Below are positions 1 to 9,119 of a stretch of 64,000 nucleotides of DNA, piece after piece (the stretch's first letter is position 1; each line of letters begins with the position of its first letter). Under the pieces are notes generated by a model, which was not told the origin of the DNA, ran no database searches, and worked only from the letters and a program-made list of their open reading frames with translations. The position numbers and the translations under genes were made by a program. The stretch is from an uncultured Verrucomicrobiae bacterium (GTDB lineage: Bacteria; Verrucomicrobiota; Verrucomicrobiia; Chthoniobacterales; UBA10450), in NCBI GenBank assembly GCA_963791565.1, contig CAWBSX010000004.1:372601-436600 (forward strand), read 5' to 3'.

Positions 1-2004
1 CGCAGCCAGGCTAATCGCGCCGACCAGCGCAGCGGCCAAGGCAACGATGCGCATGACATCTGTCACCGCCGCGAAATGTTCCTCGAGCGCTTTTCGAAAA
101 TCGCCGCGCGTTTGAATACTGCTGGAAACGAAGTGCGCATCGAGCAGCGCTTGATCGAGCGCGTTGGAAATCGAATCCGGTGCGTCCGCCGACGTCTTCA
201 CGCGCAGGAGCGTGTTGTTATCGCCCATCGCGGTAATCGCTTCGAATGTCTGATACGTGCCGTAGATAATCGGCGCGCCGATTTCTTCTACCACGCCGAC
301 CACACGCACGGTCTTGCGTCGATCGCGAAAATGAATTTCGAGTTCGCTGCCGACGCGCGCCCCGGCAACAGCTTCCTGCACCAAGCGGTTGATTACGATC
401 GTGTCCGATTCGCCGTTAAGTGGGAGACGTCCCTCTTTCACCGGCAGCTGGAACAAACGCGTCTCCGTCGGATAACCGAGGAGCGAAATCCGCGACGATT
501 CCTGTTGGTTGGTCGCGATGGTAATTGCCGCCGTCCGCCAGGCTTCGGCGATTTCAATCTCTGGAACTTGTCGCGCGACCGCCGTCAATTCGGCGGAAGT
601 CGCCGGGCGTTGCAACTGCACTTGAATGTCGTGAGCCTGATTGCCTAACGAGACGTCAACCACGCGCATCAGGCTTTCGTAAGTGTTGTCCGCAGTCAGC
701 AACATTGCGCCGCCGGCAGACAATGCCAGGAGCGTGATGGTCAGCCGACCGGGACGCCGAAAAGTATTTCGCAACGCAAAGGTCCAGCGGCGATTCCCGG
801 GCATCTTCACCCACCTTGCCGTCCTTCCCGGCGCGACAATTCCCGGTTCTTGAATCGCCTTGTGCGCCGTCATTCGCGCGGCGCGGGCGATTGGCACAAA
901 CATCGCGAGCAACGGAATGGCAAAAGTGAAAAGCAGTTCGAAACGCAGAAGCGAATTCGGCGGCGACCAATCGGCCACATCGATATTGAAAACCGTTTGA
1001 TAATAGCGGACCAGCGCGCGTCCAAGAAATGCGCCCAGGGGAAAAGCAATCGCATTCGCCGCCACGACGATCGGTGCGACCAATCCGAAATATTGTGCGG
1101 CCAGTTGATGCGAACGCGCCCCGAGCGTTTTCATGATTCCGACCTGGCGCACTTCGCGTTTCATCCAGATCGAAACCATGTAGAGGGCGAGCGACGCGCC
1201 GCAGACAAACGCAATCGCGGCGAAGGCCTGCAGCACGCGCAACATCGTGGCCATGAGCGAGGAATGCGGGTGTTGGTCGGGCAAGGCATCGGCGCGTAGC
1301 GGATTTTCGCCGGTCGCCTTAAGCGCATCGCGCAGTTCATGCGCGTAATCAGCCGTGTCGCTTAAGTCACTAGCATTTTTTAGCCTAACGAGTAGTTGAT
1401 CGAGATCTTCACTCTGTCCGATCACGTTCGCCGTCACGCGATTCACATAACCGTAGATCACACGATCCTGCGGGCTCGGCGCGACCGCCGGATCGTGCAC
1501 AAAACCCGCGAACGGAAGCGACGCCGTTCCGCCGCTCGGTTTTCGGATCTGCAACTCTTCGCCAGGTTGGGTCTCGAGCATTGATTGGCCGGATTGCTCG
1601 ATGAAAATTTCGCCGTCAGTTGGCGGCCAGGTTGCATCATGCTGGTGGATTTTGCTCAATCGCTGGCCATCGAAATTTCGCAGCACCGTCAGCCGCATGG
1701 GAAACCATTTTCCTCCTTTGCCAGCAACGCGGCTGAAGACCACACGCCGCGCGTCCACCTCGGCCACGCCTGGTTGCGCTCGAACTTTTTGCAGCAACGC
1801 GGAATTAACTTTGTCGAACCAAACGACGATGTTGGGCGATTCCGATCCGGCGAAACTGCGCGCGACTTCGCGTTGCAAAACGGCACGTGCATTCAAGGCC
1901 GCGACGACACCGGCGGCGCCGAGTGTCAGCACCAAACCGATCAACGCGATCTGCAATCGATGCGCCCGAAAATCGCCAAGAATCTTGCGCCACTGTGTGT
2001 TCAC
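1..2004 (-). CDS. ABC transporter permease, duplicated FtsX/MacB-like architecture (two TM1 + periplasmic domain + 3TM modules); 5'-partial, runs off the window start
   Basis: The minus-strand frame (codons at 3k+1..3k+3) is open from the GTG at 2004..2002 down to position 1; I checked every codon and found no TTA/CTA/TCA triplets on the plus strand in that register. The GTG overlaps the stop of the upstream ATPase as GTGA. Translation reads [34 protein letters not shown]... (TM1), then a periplasmic domain, then FtsX TM2-4. A second module follows, beginning ...FALRNTFRRPGRLTITLLALSAGGAMLL. The gene is not in the supplied ORF track, apparently because it has no stop codon inside the window. 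Confidence 0.8.
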   Translation of the reverse strand, partial: MNTQWRKILGDFRAHRLQIALIGLVLTLGAAGVVAALNARAVLQREVARSFAGSESPNIVVWFDKVNSALLQKVRAQPGVAEVDARRVVFSRVAGKGGKWFPMRLTVLRNFDGQRLSKIHQHDATWPPTDGEIFIEQSGQSMLETQPGEELQIRKPSGGTASLPFAGFVHDPAVAPSPQDRVIYGYVNRVTANVIGQSEDLDQLLVRLKNASDLSDTADYAHELRDALKATGENPLRADALPDQHPHSSLMATMLRVLQAFAAIAFVCGASLALYMVSIWMKREVRQVGIMKTLGARSHQLAAQYFGLVAPIVVAANAIAFPLGAFLGRALVRYYQTVFNIDVADWSPPNSLLRFELLFTFAIPLLAMFVPIARAARMTAHKAIQEPGIVAPGRTARWVKMPGNRRWTFALRNTFRRPGRLTITLLALSAGGAMLLTADNTYESLMRVVDVSLGNQAHDIQVQLQRPATSAELTAVARQVPEIEIAEAWRTAAITIATNQQESSRISLLGYPTETRLFQLPVKEGRLPLNGESDTIVINRLVQEAVAGARVGSELEIHFRDRRKTVRVVGVVEEIGAPIIYGTYQTFEAITAMGDNNTLLRVKTSADAPDSISNALDQALLDAHFVSSSIQTRGDFRKALEEHFAAVTDVMRIVALAAALVGAISLAA

Positions 2005-2720
2005 GAAGGTGACGACCTGTCGGCGATAACGGCGCCGTCCTGTAATTCGATGACGCGATGCGCGCGGCGCGCCAAATTCGCGTCGTGCGTCACGATCATC
2101 AGCGTTTTGTTCTGCGCGATTAGTCCGTGAAAAAGTTCCGTCACGGCCGCGGCTGTTTCGGTGTCGAGATTGCCCGTTGGTTCGTCCGCGAGAACGACCG
2201 GCGGATCATTGGCCAGTGCGCGCGCGATCGCAGCGCGTTGCTGCTGGCCGCCCGATAATGCGGACGGCAATTTATTCGCCTGATCGCTCAGACCGACGAG
2301 CGCGAGCAATTCTTCCGCGCGAGTTCGTCGTTTTTCCGCGGGAATTTTCCCGACAAAGTCCATCGCGAGCAGAATGTTTTCTTCAACCGTGAGTGTCGGC
2401 AGCAGCTGAAAGAATTGGAAAACGATCCCGAGATTGCGGCCGCGCCAGAGCGCCATTTTTGATTCGGTCAATCGATTCAGGCTCTCGCCCGCCGCGCGCA
2501 CGTCGCCGGAGGTAACTCGATCGAGTCCGGCGATGAGATTGAGCAAAGTCGACTTGCCACTGCCGGATTTTCCCAGAACGGCGACGAACTCGCCGCGTGC
2601 CACTCGTAAGGAAACACCACGCAACGCGTGAAACTTGCGGCCGCCCGGTGAAGTATACGACTTCGTCGCAATGTCCAACTCCACGATCGCGGCCGGCCCG
2701 CCATTCGTTAGGCCAGACAT
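2001..2720 (-). CDS. ABC transporter ATP-binding protein (LolD/MacB type)
   Basis: Walker [16 protein letters not shown] signature [15 protein letters not shown] and Walker [13 protein letters not shown] are all present. It sits directly upstream of the permease with a 4-nt overlap. Confidence 0.9.
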   Translation of the reverse strand: MSGLTNGGPAAIVELDIATKSYTSPGGRKFHALRGVSLRVARGEFVAVLGKSGSGKSTLLNLIAGLDRVTSGDVRAAGESLNRLTESKMALWRGRNLGIVFQFFQLLPTLTVEENILLAMDFVGKIPAEKRRTRAEELLALVGLSDQANKLPSALSGGQQQRAAIARALANDPPVVLADEPTGNLDTETAAAVTELFHGLIAQNKTLMIVTHDANLARRAHRVIELQDGAVIADRSSPS

Positions 2721-2723
2721 CGC

Positions 2724-3215
2724 CTAAAAAAATCGGTGACGCTGCAGCGCGAAGAAATCGGTGCCGCTTAATTTGCCCTCCGCATCGAAGCGAAATGTTT
2801 TCGTTCTTGCCGGTCGATCGGCTGAGCGAAACTCGAGAGTGGCGACGCGCACATCGCCGTTGGTTTCAACCTTTGTCACAATTAACTCGTTAGGCGATTT
2901 CGCTTTCACCATCGCCTGCATGAGAAAATCCGTGGCGTTACTTCCTTCCGGCGCGCCTTCGACCGTAAACTTTTCCGAGACGCGCGGCTTCAACGCCGTG
3001 CCATCATGCACACGCATCGCTTCGGCAAAGGCGAGCATGAAATCCATGATCGGCTTGTCGGGCGCGACGTCGGCGGCGAACAAAACATTCGCGACTTTAG
3101 CGTCCGGCGGGCCGGGAGTGGCCGCTGGTTGAGTCCCGTGTATCCATTCTTTCAAACCGCCCTGCGCCCCGGCCATGGAAAAGAAAATGAGAATGAGGGT
3201 GAGTATTTTTTTCAT
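2724..3215 (-). CDS. secreted hypothetical protein, first gene of the ABC transporter operon
   Basis: 163-aa ORF with an N-terminal signal-like hydrophobic segment (MKKILTLILIFFSMAGAQG). Its stop lies 3 nt before the ATPase start. Confidence 0.5.
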   Translation of the reverse strand: MKKILTLILIFFSMAGAQGGLKEWIHGTQPAATPGPPDAKVANVLFAADVAPDKPIMDFMLAFAEAMRVHDGTALKPRVSEKFTVEGAPEGSNATDFLMQAMVKAKSPNELIVTKVETNGDVRVATLEFRSADRPARTKTFRFDAEGKLSGTDFFALQRHRFF

Positions 3216-3314
3216 GGGGAGAACGTGATCTTCTCCGACAAGACTGCGTGCGCCAGCCGGCGGTTACAAAAGTCGTTAGGCGAAAAGCATAAAGTCCAGA
3301 AACATCGGAAGTCT

Positions 3315-3343
3315 GTAACCGAATCCTTGGCGAAACTGTCTTA
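3315..3343 (+). promoter_or_regulatory. candidate ECF-type promoter: -35 GTAACC (3315-3320), 17-nt spacer, -10 GTCTTA (3338-3343)
   Basis: An AAC-containing -35 and a GTC-containing -10 at ECF-like spacing, 30 nt upstream of the sigma factor ATG. Based on pattern only. Confidence 0.25.
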
Positions 3344-3372
3344 TCGGACAGAGTGGAAACATTGTGGTGGGC

Positions 3373-3960
3373 ATGGTTAACGATCTCGACGTCTCCGCAC
3401 TGGTGGCGGCTGCGCTACGAGACGACGATGAAGCTGCGCGAGCACTCGTGCGGCATCTCTACCCCTTTGTCGTCAAAATGGTTCGATCGCACCGACCGCA
3501 ACGCGCCGCCGAAGAGGACCTTTGCCAAATGATCTTCATCAAAATTTTTCAGAAGCTCGATCAATATTCCGGCGCGGTTCCGCTTGAGCACTGGGTCTCG
3601 CGCATCGCGATCAACACCTGCCTCAATCAGATCGCGGCGGAAAAAGCGCGGCCGGAATTGCGTCGAGCGGATTTGAGTGAAGAACAGGCCGCAGTAGTGG
3701 ATAATCTGGCGACGACTTCAGATGAACTTGCTCCCGGTCAACAACTCGCCTCGCGCGATCTCGTGGCACATTTGCTCGATAGGCTCAAGCCAGCCGAGCG
3801 TCTGGTGATGGATATGCTTTATCTGCAACAAAAGTCGGTGGAAGAAATTCGCAAGGCCACCGGCTGGAGCGCGGCCCTGGTAAAAGTGCGCGCATTTCGG
3901 GCGCGGCAAAAATTGAAAAGCCAGTTCGAGCGTTTGCAGCGAAAGGAAGACAATGTCTAA
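3373..3960 (+). CDS. RNA polymerase sigma-70 factor, ECF subfamily
   Basis: Region 2 (LVRHLYPFVVKMV..., DLCQMIFIKIFQKLDQY) and region 4 (ERLVMDMLYLQQKSVEEIRKATGWSAALVKVRAFRARQKL) are both recognisable. The ATG at 3373 is preferred over the GTG at 3364. Confidence 0.85.
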   Translation: MVNDLDVSALVAAALRDDDEAARALVRHLYPFVVKMVRSHRPQRAAEEDLCQMIFIKIFQKLDQYSGAVPLEHWVSRIAINTCLNQIAAEKARPELRRADLSEEQAAVVDNLATTSDELAPGQQLASRDLVAHLLDRLKPAERLVMDMLYLQQKSVEEIRKATGWSAALVKVRAFRARQKLKSQFERLQRKEDNV

Positions 3961-4261
3961 CATCGACCGCCTTTTTCGCGCGGCTAGTGCTGCGCCTAAC
4001 GAATCGTTGCCGGAAGAAATGCCGTTCGGTTTCGACACACGCGTCTTGGCCAATTGGCGCGCATCACGTTCGAGCAATGGAAATGGTTCGCTGGAATTTG
4101 CGCGTTACTTCAAACGCATTGCCATGGCCGCAGTCGTGGTCGCGGCTTGTGCCGGCACGGGTGCCTTTTGGCAACTGCAGCAAAATGATGATCTCGACGA
4201 AGCGACCGGCGGCGCTTACGCCATGGCCGACAGCGCGATAGAAGCGAACACTTTGCAATGA
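3953..4261 (+). CDS. putative anti-sigma factor (single-pass membrane protein)
   Basis: 102 aa with one TM segment (IAMAAVVVAACAGTGAF). Its start overlaps the sigma-factor stop (ATGTCTAA). Confidence 0.5.
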   Translation: MSNIDRLFRAASAAPNESLPEEMPFGFDTRVLANWRASRSSNGNGSLEFARYFKRIAMAAVVVAACAGTGAFWQLQQNDDLDEATGGAYAMADSAIEANTLQ

Positions 4262-4668
4262 CCAAACACTGGAAATTATGGTTAGCGCTCGCGCTCCTTG
4301 TCGTCTTTTTGGCTGGCGGCGCGCTTGGTCTCTGCGCCGGCGTGATCCATGCGCGTCAGGTTTTTTTTGCGCGGCATGGTGGCTTTGCTGGCGGTCGCAT
4401 GCGGGAACATTTGCGCCGCAAATTAGAGCTCACGCCGGAGCAATACGACAAGGTCAGTCCGATCCTCGATCAGACCGAACGGCGTCTGGAAGAGATTCGG
4501 GCGGAGACTGGCCAGCGCGTGCGCGAAGCGATGAATCAATCGCACGATCAAATTGTTCCGCTGCTCAATCCGGACCAACGAAAGAAACTCGACGAAATGC
4601 GCGAACGTCATCGGCACATCATGCGCATGCACGGCGGCGACATGCCGCCCCCGCCCGACGGTCACTAA
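4258..4668 (+). CDS. periplasmic LTXXQ-motif protein (CpxP/Spy-like)
   Basis: N-terminal TM/signal segment, an LTPEQ motif, and a charged helical C-terminus. There is an ATGA overlap with the anti-sigma gene. Confidence 0.55.
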   Translation: MTKHWKLWLALALLVVFLAGGALGLCAGVIHARQVFFARHGGFAGGRMREHLRRKLELTPEQYDKVSPILDQTERRLEEIRAETGQRVREAMNQSHDQIVPLLNPDQRKKLDEMRERHRHIMRMHGGDMPPPPDGH

Positions 4669-4679
4669 TCGACCACTCG

Positions 4680-5672
4680 TTAGGCGAACTCGCGAAAAAT
4701 CTCCGCGCCAATTTCGAACGAGCGCAGCCGCGCCGCGTGATCGAAAATTTGTCCGGTGGCAATTATTTCGTCGGCGCCGGTTTCGTCCAGAATGGATTTT
4801 ACCCGCGTGCGAATGGTCGCGGGCGATCCGATGAGCGCATAACGCATTCGCTCGTCCACGGCCGCGCGCTCCAGCATATTCCACTCAACTTCCATGTCGT
4901 CGACGGGCGGCGGCAATTCGCCGGGCTGGCCGCGCACAAGATTCAAAAACATCAGCTGCGCGGAAGTGGCGATTCGCTGACCTTCTCGGTCGGTCTCCGC
5001 GCCAAAGAGTCCGGCGCCGATCATGACGTAAGGTTTCTGCAACTGCGCCGACGGTTTGAATTCGCTGCGATAAATCTTGAGAGCGACGTGCAGATATTCC
5101 GGCGCGAAATGTGAGGCGAAGGCGAAAGGCAGGCCGAGCTCCGCCGCGAGACGCGCGCTAAAATCGCTCGAGCCTAACAAGTAGAGCGGCACCTTTAAAC
5201 CCGCGCCCGGTACCGCACGCAACCTCTCGTTAGGCGCAGCCGGCTTGAAATAGGATTGCAGTTCGAGAAGGTCTTGCGGAAAAGTCTCGCCGCTGCTGCC
5301 GAGATAACGCCGCAAAGCGCGTGCAGTCAGCTGGTCGCTCCCCGGCGCGCGACCGAGGCCGAGATCGATCCGTCCGGGATAGAGCGATTCCAGCGTGCCG
5401 AACTGTTCCGCGATCACGAGCGGCGCGTGATTCGGCAGCATGATCCCGCCCGCGCCGACGCGAATCTTTTTCGTCGCGCCCGCGACATGACCGATAACGA
5501 TCGACGTCGCCGCGCTCGCGATTCCTGGAAGATTGTGATGCTCCGCTAGCCAGAAGCGATGATAACCCCACTCCTCCGCGTGCCGCGCCAGATCGGCCGT
5601 GTTGCGAAATGCCTGCGACGCGTCACCGCCTTCGACAATCGGTGACAGATCGAGAACGGAATAGAACTGCAT
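4680..5672 (-). CDS. LLM-class (luciferase-like) flavin-dependent oxidoreductase
   Basis: [22 protein letters not shown]...[77 protein letters not shown]. The start is reassigned to the internal ATG at 5672; the track's start at 5759 adds 29 aa that overlap the upstream gene. Confidence 0.8.
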   Translation of the reverse strand: MQFYSVLDLSPIVEGGDASQAFRNTADLARHAEEWGYHRFWLAEHHNLPGIASAATSIVIGHVAGATKKIRVGAGGIMLPNHAPLVIAEQFGTLESLYPGRIDLGLGRAPGSDQLTARALRRYLGSSGETFPQDLLELQSYFKPAAPNERLRAVPGAGLKVPLYLLGSSDFSARLAAELGLPFAFASHFAPEYLHVALKIYRSEFKPSAQLQKPYVMIGAGLFGAETDREGQRIATSAQLMFLNLVRGQPGELPPPVDDMEVEWNMLERAAVDERMRYALIGSPATIRTRVKSILDETGADEIIATGQIFDHAARLRSFEIGAEIFREFA

Positions 5673-6016
5673 CAGGTCCGAACGGACTGCACGATCAGCA
5701 GCACGATATCGAGCAAGGCCACAACGATGATGAAGGCGCCGAATTTCTTCTTGCTCCAATACGGAATGGTCTCGTTAGGCGAAAGCTCCTCTGTGCGCTT
5801 CATCCCGGTCGGCGTCATCTCGAATCGCCAACCGATGATGAGCGCCATGGGAAATCCCAGCGCGACGATGATGATGAAAAACTTGAGCAGACCCGGTGCA
5901 TCCATCATTGGAAAAAAGATCCAGGCGAGATCAATCGCCAGCCAGGCGAGCAACAGGTAAACGACCGTGACCTTGTGCACGTTGCGGCGTCGAAATTCGC
6001 GAAAGAAATTGGTCAT
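5672..6016 (-). CDS. small integral membrane protein (2-3 TM), hypothetical
   Basis: 114 aa with hydrophobic segments. It overlaps the stop of the MBL gene and the start of the LLM gene by 1-4 nt. Confidence 0.5.
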   Translation of the reverse strand: MTNFFREFRRRNVHKVTVVYLLLAWLAIDLAWIFFPMMDAPGLLKFFIIIVALGFPMALIIGWRFEMTPTGMKRTEELSPNETIPYWSKKKFGAFIIVVALLDIVLLIVQSVRT

Positions 6017-6903
6017 GCGCCGTGATATTTCCGCCAGTAGCGCACCGCGCCACTCACTGCCATGTAGCTTGGATCGGCCGCCTCGTAGTTGTCGACCTCA
6101 TCCTGCTTCGCGCCATGCTCGCGCAAATCGGTGTGTTCGTATTCAGCAAAAGGCGCAATGAGTTGCGGCTCCTCTTTGCCTTCGCGCAACCGATCGCGAA
6201 ACCATTCCGACCAGCGCCGCACACGCTCTTCCAGTTGGTCGAAATGCATCGCGATCGAATTTTCCACCAAACCAAAATGCGGAAGATAAAGTTTCGCCGG
6301 ATCGAGAACGCGCATCTTCGCGATCGATTCGAGCCACGATTCGACGTGCAATTCCGGCGGGACGAAGGGCGGGATCGGCGGACCGCTGCCAATTCGCACG
6401 CCAGCAATGTCGCCACCGAAAAGGATGTCGTCCCAATGGTAAACGTGATGATGACTGGCGTGACCGGGCGTGGCGATGGCGCGAATGCCTAATGAATCCA
6501 GTTTAACCACATCGCCATCCTGCAGGATCCTGATTTTGTCTTCCGGCACGGGCGCGATTTTTCCCCACAATCGTTCCATGTCGTCGCCAAAAATCCGCGT
6601 GGCGGAATCGACTAATTTTTTCGGATCGATCAGATGCGGCGCGCCGCGCGGGTGCACGTAAATCCTCGCGCCCAATTCCGCGAAGCGCCAGCCTGCCCCG
6701 GCATGATCAAAATGAATGTGACTAAGAAAAACGTGCCGAACCTCTTTTGCTTCCGCCCCAATCCGCCGGAGTTCGGCCACGACGTTCTCGAAAGTGGATT
6801 CGGGACCGGTGTCGAAGAGCGCGATACCGTCCTTCGTTTCGAGCGCCGTCGCCGCAATCACGCCCGGGCATCCCAGCTGTCGCGTATCGAGAACGTGCAT
6901 CAT
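6013..6903 (-). CDS. MBL-fold metallo-hydrolase
   Basis: HxHxDH motif (LSHIHFDHAGAG) in a 296-aa protein. Confidence 0.8.
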   Translation of the reverse strand: MMHVLDTRQLGCPGVIAATALETKDGIALFDTGPESTFENVVAELRRIGAEAKEVRHVFLSHIHFDHAGAGWRFAELGARIYVHPRGAPHLIDPKKLVDSATRIFGDDMERLWGKIAPVPEDKIRILQDGDVVKLDSLGIRAIATPGHASHHHVYHWDDILFGGDIAGVRIGSGPPIPPFVPPELHVESWLESIAKMRVLDPAKLYLPHFGLVENSIAMHFDQLEERVRRWSEWFRDRLREGKEEPQLIAPFAEYEHTDLREHGAKQDEVDNYEAADPSYMAVSGAVRYWRKYHGA

Positions 6904-6951
6904 CGGAAATTCGCGTTCGCACTCTCACGTCATTTGGTCGAAAAGAAAATC

Positions 6952-8022
6952 ATGAGTGCTCTTCGAATTCTCGCGGTTCTGCTCGCCTCGATTGCCATCT
7001 CGTTCGCGGCCGATTATCCGCAGCCGGCCGAAAGTGATTACATCATTAAGGACTTCAAGTTTGCGTCCGGTGAATCCTTGCCGGAATTGCGCATTCATTA
7101 TCGGACTATCGGTAAACCGGATACCGACGCGCACGGGGAAATTCATAACGCCGTGCTGATCACGCACGGCACCACCGGGAGCGGCGCACAATTCGTTAGG
7201 CCGGAATTTGCCGGCGAACTTTTCGGCGCGGGACAGCCGCTCGATGCCGCAAAATTTTTCATCATCCTGCCGGACGGAATCGGCCACGGAAAATCGAGCC
7301 GGCCGAGCGAAGGCTTGCACGCGAAGTTTCCGCGCTACGGCTATCGCGACATGGTCGAAGCGCAGTTCCGTTTGTTAACCGACGGCCTTGGCATCAAACA
7401 CGCGCGGCTCATCATGGGCACATCGATGGGCGGAATGCACACCTGGCTCTGGGGCGAAATGCATCCGGATTTCATGGACGCCCTCATGCCGCTGGCGAGT
7501 TTGCCGACGCAAATTTCCGGTCGCAATCGCGGGTGGCGCAAAACAGTCAGCGACGCTATCCGCAACGATCCCTCCTGGGAAAACGGCGATTACAAGACAC
7601 AGCCGCAGAGTTTGCGCACCGCGGCGGAGATGTTGTGGTTCATGAGCAGCAATCCGGTCTTGCGCCAAACGGAAGCCCCGACTTTGGAGAAGACGGATGA
7701 GGTGCTCGAAAAGTTCGTCGCTGATCATCTGAAAAATGACGACGCGAACGACGTGCTCTATGCAATCGAAGCATCGCGTGATTACGATCCCGGTCCGAAC
7801 CTGGAGAAAATTCGCGCTCCACTTCTCGCGATCAACTCCGCCGATGATCTGATCAATCCGCCTGAGCTCGGAATTCTGGAACGCGAAATCAAACGCGTCC
7901 CGCACGGACGCGCCATCGTTATTCCATTAAGCGACAAGACGCGCGGGCATGGCAGCCACACGCTGGCGGCGTTGTGGAAAGATGAGTTGGTAAAACTACT
8001 GGCCGAATCTACTACTCGTTAG
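6952..8022 (+). CDS. secreted alpha/beta-hydrolase (homoserine O-acetyltransferase-like fold)
   Basis: Signal peptide MSALRILAVLLASIAISFA and nucleophile elbow GTSMGGM. The start is set at the ATG at 6952; the track ORF starts at 6634 but that upstream portion is antisense to the MBL gene. The stop TAG lies inside a copy of the 11-mer word. Confidence 0.75.
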   Translation: MSALRILAVLLASIAISFAADYPQPAESDYIIKDFKFASGESLPELRIHYRTIGKPDTDAHGEIHNAVLITHGTTGSGAQFVRPEFAGELFGAGQPLDAAKFFIILPDGIGHGKSSRPSEGLHAKFPRYGYRDMVEAQFRLLTDGLGIKHARLIMGTSMGGMHTWLWGEMHPDFMDALMPLASLPTQISGRNRGWRKTVSDAIRNDPSWENGDYKTQPQSLRTAAEMLWFMSSNPVLRQTEAPTLEKTDEVLEKFVADHLKNDDANDVLYAIEASRDYDPGPNLEKIRAPLLAINSADDLINPPELGILEREIKRVPHGRAIVIPLSDKTRGHGSHTLAALWKDELVKLLAESTTR

Positions 8023-9103
8023 GCCGAATTCCGCGTTGCGTCACCAGATAGACCGCGAAACTGCCTAACCAGTGGCCACCTTCGTAATGTTCGCCGGTGA
8101 CGGCGGCTAACCCCGCGCGACGATGCGCCGCGGCCGCGGCTTGCAAAGCACCACGGCGCGAATCGTCTTTGGGCAAAACGGAAAGAATTCCTTCCAGCAT
8201 CCAGGCACGGCTTAGATTCAAGCCGTCGAGGTGCGCCAACTTTGGATCGCTCGGATCCGGCGAGACAGCTATTGGCAGCCAGTCGATCTTGGACTCGTTA
8301 GGCAATTGCGGCAGAAAATCCTTCAGCCATTTCGCAAAATCATCCGCTGGAAGAACGCGGCGCATGACGTCCGCTTCCGCCAAACAGGGCGAAAGAAAAT
8401 CTTCCCCGGAAGGTTCGTAAGCCAGGGGCGCGTTCTTGTCGGCGTCGAAAAATTGTCTGGCCTTTGCGCTCACCAGTTTCGCGAACTCTTCGTTCTTAAC
8501 CACGCGCGCGTAGTCCAGCATCAAGCCCAGGGAAAAGGCCGTTTGATTGTGTTCGCCGATGCGAATTGGGTGAGAAAGTTTCGGCAGCCAGTTCGTTAGG
8601 CGCTCAAGCGCGGCCGTTTCGACCGGCTGCAAGTTTGTCGATAATTCGCGTGCCTCCGGATCATCCCATTCGCGCAATTCGGCGCAGAGTTGCAGCAACC
8701 ATGCTAATCCATATGGCCGCTCGAAACTGGCGCGACCTTCGCCGCGCAAATAGGCCGCCTCCTGTTTGAGATTCTCCGCGCTCAAACTCTTGCGCAGTGC
8801 TTCGCGCGCCGCGGCCGCGAAAGGCGCATCGGGAAATGTTCTCGTCAGGCGAACGAGCAACCAATGGCCGTGCACGGAGGAATGCCAGTCGTAACAGCCG
8901 AAAAATGCCGGCGTCAGTTTGCGCGGCGGCGCGACATCGGCGTCGCTGTTCAAATTGTGGCTGATCTTGTTCGGATACTCTTTGGCGACGCAGGCGAGCG
9001 CCAGATCGGCGAAACGTTGCGCGGCTGCGACATCGAATTTCGGCGAAGATTCTTCCGCCATAACCACGAGCGGGAGCAAAAATAGAAATGCGCACGTTTT
9101 CAC
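8012..9103 (-). CDS. secreted hypothetical protein (DUF2891-like?)
   Basis: 363 aa with a signal peptide MKTCAFLFLLPLVVMA and conserved-looking YDWHSSVHGHW. The family assignment is from memory only. Confidence 0.45.
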   Translation of the reverse strand: MKTCAFLFLLPLVVMAEESSPKFDVAAAQRFADLALACVAKEYPNKISHNLNSDADVAPPRKLTPAFFGCYDWHSSVHGHWLLVRLTRTFPDAPFAAAAREALRKSLSAENLKQEAAYLRGEGRASFERPYGLAWLLQLCAELREWDDPEARELSTNLQPVETAALERLTNWLPKLSHPIRIGEHNQTAFSLGLMLDYARVVKNEEFAKLVSAKARQFFDADKNAPLAYEPSGEDFLSPCLAEADVMRRVLPADDFAKWLKDFLPQLPNESKIDWLPIAVSPDPSDPKLAHLDGLNLSRAWMLEGILSVLPKDDSRRGALQAAAAAHRRAGLAAVTGEHYEGGHWLGSFAVYLVTQRGIRPNE

Positions 9104-9119
9104 TTGCGGTAGTTATGGT

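Noticed and set aside
6634-6951. The N-terminal 106-aa extension of the alpha/beta-hydrolase ORF in the track
   Set aside because: It overlaps the minus-strand MBL gene in antisense. The real start is the ATG at 6952, followed by a signal peptide. The 5'-extensions of the ORFs at 59980, 39868..41547, 40126, 36783, 30417 and 28904 were rejected in favour of internal starts for the same reason.
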